DNA of 64,000 bases from Vicugna vicugna (Eukaryota), in contig MU058582.1 of the NCBI GenBank assembly GCA_013265495.1, forward strand, positions 62,001 through 126,000, in the 5' to 3' direction. The notes beneath the pieces are model-generated. The model was not told where the DNA came from. It saw nothing but the letters and a program-made list of their open reading frames with translations, and ran no database searches. The translations under genes were made by a program, and so were the position numbers. Shown in pieces: positions 61,821-64,000 of this stretch (the stretch's first letter is position 1; every line of letters begins with the position of its first letter).

Positions 61821-62761
61821 CTATTATGTCTTAACTAGTGCATTTTATGTTTCATGGTTTAAAAAAACAAAACCTCTGTCTTATTTAATGTTTTTGGCCT
61901 TGAATGCTACTTTATCTAGTGGTAATATTGTCAATGCTGAGTTTTTTGTTTGTTTTTACCCAAAAGGTCTTGTTATTTTCAGTCTCTCTTAATTAAAATT
62001 TTGTTTAAAGTGTATCTTATGTCAACAGCACAGTATTTGGACTTTGCAGGAAGTGGCTATTTCTACTCGATTAAAAAACTGTTGCTGATTTAGGAGGGAT
62101 TTTGTTCATTTATAATGCCTCTGGGATTTTTTATTTTGAAAGTAATAGATGTTGGTTGTAAAAAGAAAAAGTTACAATCCATGCATAAAACTTGAACTTT
62201 TCTCCCCATTCCTTTTCTATAACTATGATTCCAGTCCCCAGAAGTATTTTTTATAAATATACTACCAGAATTACTCCTATCTACACATAAACATACATGT
62301 ACAGGAGTGTAAAATGTATACACAAACTTTTGATGAAGTTATAAGTATTGTTTACCTTATTTTTATCACTCCATAGAGCTGCTTTATTCTTTCTGTGTGC
62401 TATATTGCATTTCATCACATTCATGTTCCTTAGTATTTTAACCAGTCTCTCATAATCAGATTGTTAGTATTTTTTAATTACTTCAAACATTAATCAAATT
62501 AAACTTCTGCTAATATTTCTGCAACTGCAGAGAAGCCCGTGGGCATGTGGAGGGTGGCAGCGGAAGAAGGTGGTTGTGCTGTTCAATTTATCCCTTTTCG
62601 CTTGCCTTCATGTAGGAGAAACACAAGTGGGATTCTGCACAGGGTGTAATCCCTTTAGAGAAAATTCAAAATTCAGTTTGAGTTTACATTTGTGAAAATT
62701 AGTTCTTGGAGTTGGACTGAGAGTTCTTAGTTCTGATCTGTCCTTGTCTTTTGATTTTCAG

Positions 62762-62866
62762 ATAGGTGCTTTTCTTTTTGCCTCAAATATGGGCGCTGGC
62801 CACGTTATGGGCCTGGCTGGAAAAGGAGCGACTTCAGGGATTGCAATTGGGGCCTTCGAGTGGATT
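62762..62866 (+). CDS. SLC5A-family cotransporter, coding exon 3 (105 bp)
   Basis: ttttcag acceptor, GTAAGT donor; [35 protein letters not shown] vs SGLT1 [35 protein letters not shown]. Confidence 0.96.
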
Positions 62867-63239
62867 GTAAGTAGTACTTTTTGTAGTAGCTAACCTCCAC
62901 CTTTATCATTGTCCAAATAAAAACTTGCTTTCAACCTTAAGTAAATATTAAAGACTCCTTTAGAAGTCATGGAAGAAGAGACCAAGTCTTTGATTTCTCA
63001 AAAAAATAGTGCCAGTTTTCATTCTTCTTTGTAAATTTATGAGGAGGTAGAGAATGTTTACATTCCAAGGATCATAGGAATACAGTTAGGAGACTAGCCA
63101 GGTAAGGAAAAGATCACATTAATGCTGAAATATATATGTACATAAACATTTATGTACATATACGTACGTTTATATGTGTATAGAGACTTACATGTATATG
63201 TGTGTGTATATATGTCTGTATGTGTACATTTGCAGTATA

Positions 63240-63566
63240 CAGTTCACCCTTGAGCAACACGGGTTTGAACAGCTCAGGTCCACTTATATGCAGATTTTTT
63301 TTCAATAAATATAGCACCCATATTTTCATTTCACAGATTTTTAAGCTGACGAGGTGTGAGAGAAAGTTTGTGTTCAATTAGAGATCACAATATGTGGAAT
63401 CAAAAGAACTAGGTTTAGAGTCCGATTCTGTCCAGGCTGTTTCAGCTTCCTACCTTTGGGTGTCATTTATCAATTCCTTTGTTTTTGAGGCAGACATAGC
63501 ATTACACAGATTTTGACTATGTGGGGGTCATGGTCCCTAACCCCCACATTGTTCAAGGGTCAGCTT
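63240..63566. mobile_element. Tigger2-type (MER8/Tigger2a-like) MITE
   Basis: TIRs cagttcacccttgagcaacacggg / cccacattgttcaagggtcagct; TA at the left flank. Confidence 0.8.
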
Positions 63567-64000
63567 AGCTCTTTGAGATATTCTACAGGTTACTACAGAG
63601 CTCCTAATTGATCTCTTACGAATACCAGGCTTCAACTCTCAAGCTTATAAAATACATTATTTATCTGAACTGTGGAGTCTATTTGTGGTAGGGCGTAGAC
63701 TTTGTTCACCTAAATCAGAAGTGAATTTGTAAGTCTTGGATTTGTTAACCTATCTATATAAATCACTTGATCTTTTTTTTTTTTTTCAAATAAATCAGAA
63801 TGCTCCCTACTTTCTGGGTCTCATCTTTCTTCTGGTAGACTACAAATAAAGAACACTTCTAGCAGAGTCAGTTGCAAACCTAGTAAGAAACCCTGGTCTT
63901 TGCCACCCTATACCTCTCAGAATTTACTGGCATCTCCTTCATATATTCAACTTACTTACCCCTTTTTTGTAAAGAAAGCCAGAGCCAATGTATTACTTAA

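Overview
Eutherian genomic DNA, most likely camelid (camel/alpaca/llama), judged from several camelid-type tRNA-derived SINEs. Bases 1-21.3 kb are the J-C end of the immunoglobulin lambda (IGL) locus on the + strand. It holds an IGLL5/lambda5-type exon whose J part has lost the FGXG motif plus its C exon, and three conventional J-C units (one C exon is mostly hidden by a 374-N gap). A terminal fifth unit has two duplicated non-canonical J segments with good 12-RSSs but no C exon. At about 32.5 kb is a probable lambda 3' enhancer (E-boxes, kB site, PU.1/IRF composite element), and convergent CTCF-like motifs bracket the J-C-enhancer interval. The 41-55 kb stretch is repeat-rich (L1, ERVL, solo LTRs, Charlie5/MER33, SINEs) and contains a tentative unannotated multi-exon transcript. 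From 56.1 kb are the first three coding exons of a divergent SLC5A (SGLT1/SGLT3-like) sodium/sugar cotransporter that runs off the window. There are no prokaryotic-type systems, CRISPR arrays or true RNA genes. Repeat family names are from memory of consensus sequences, not from a search.
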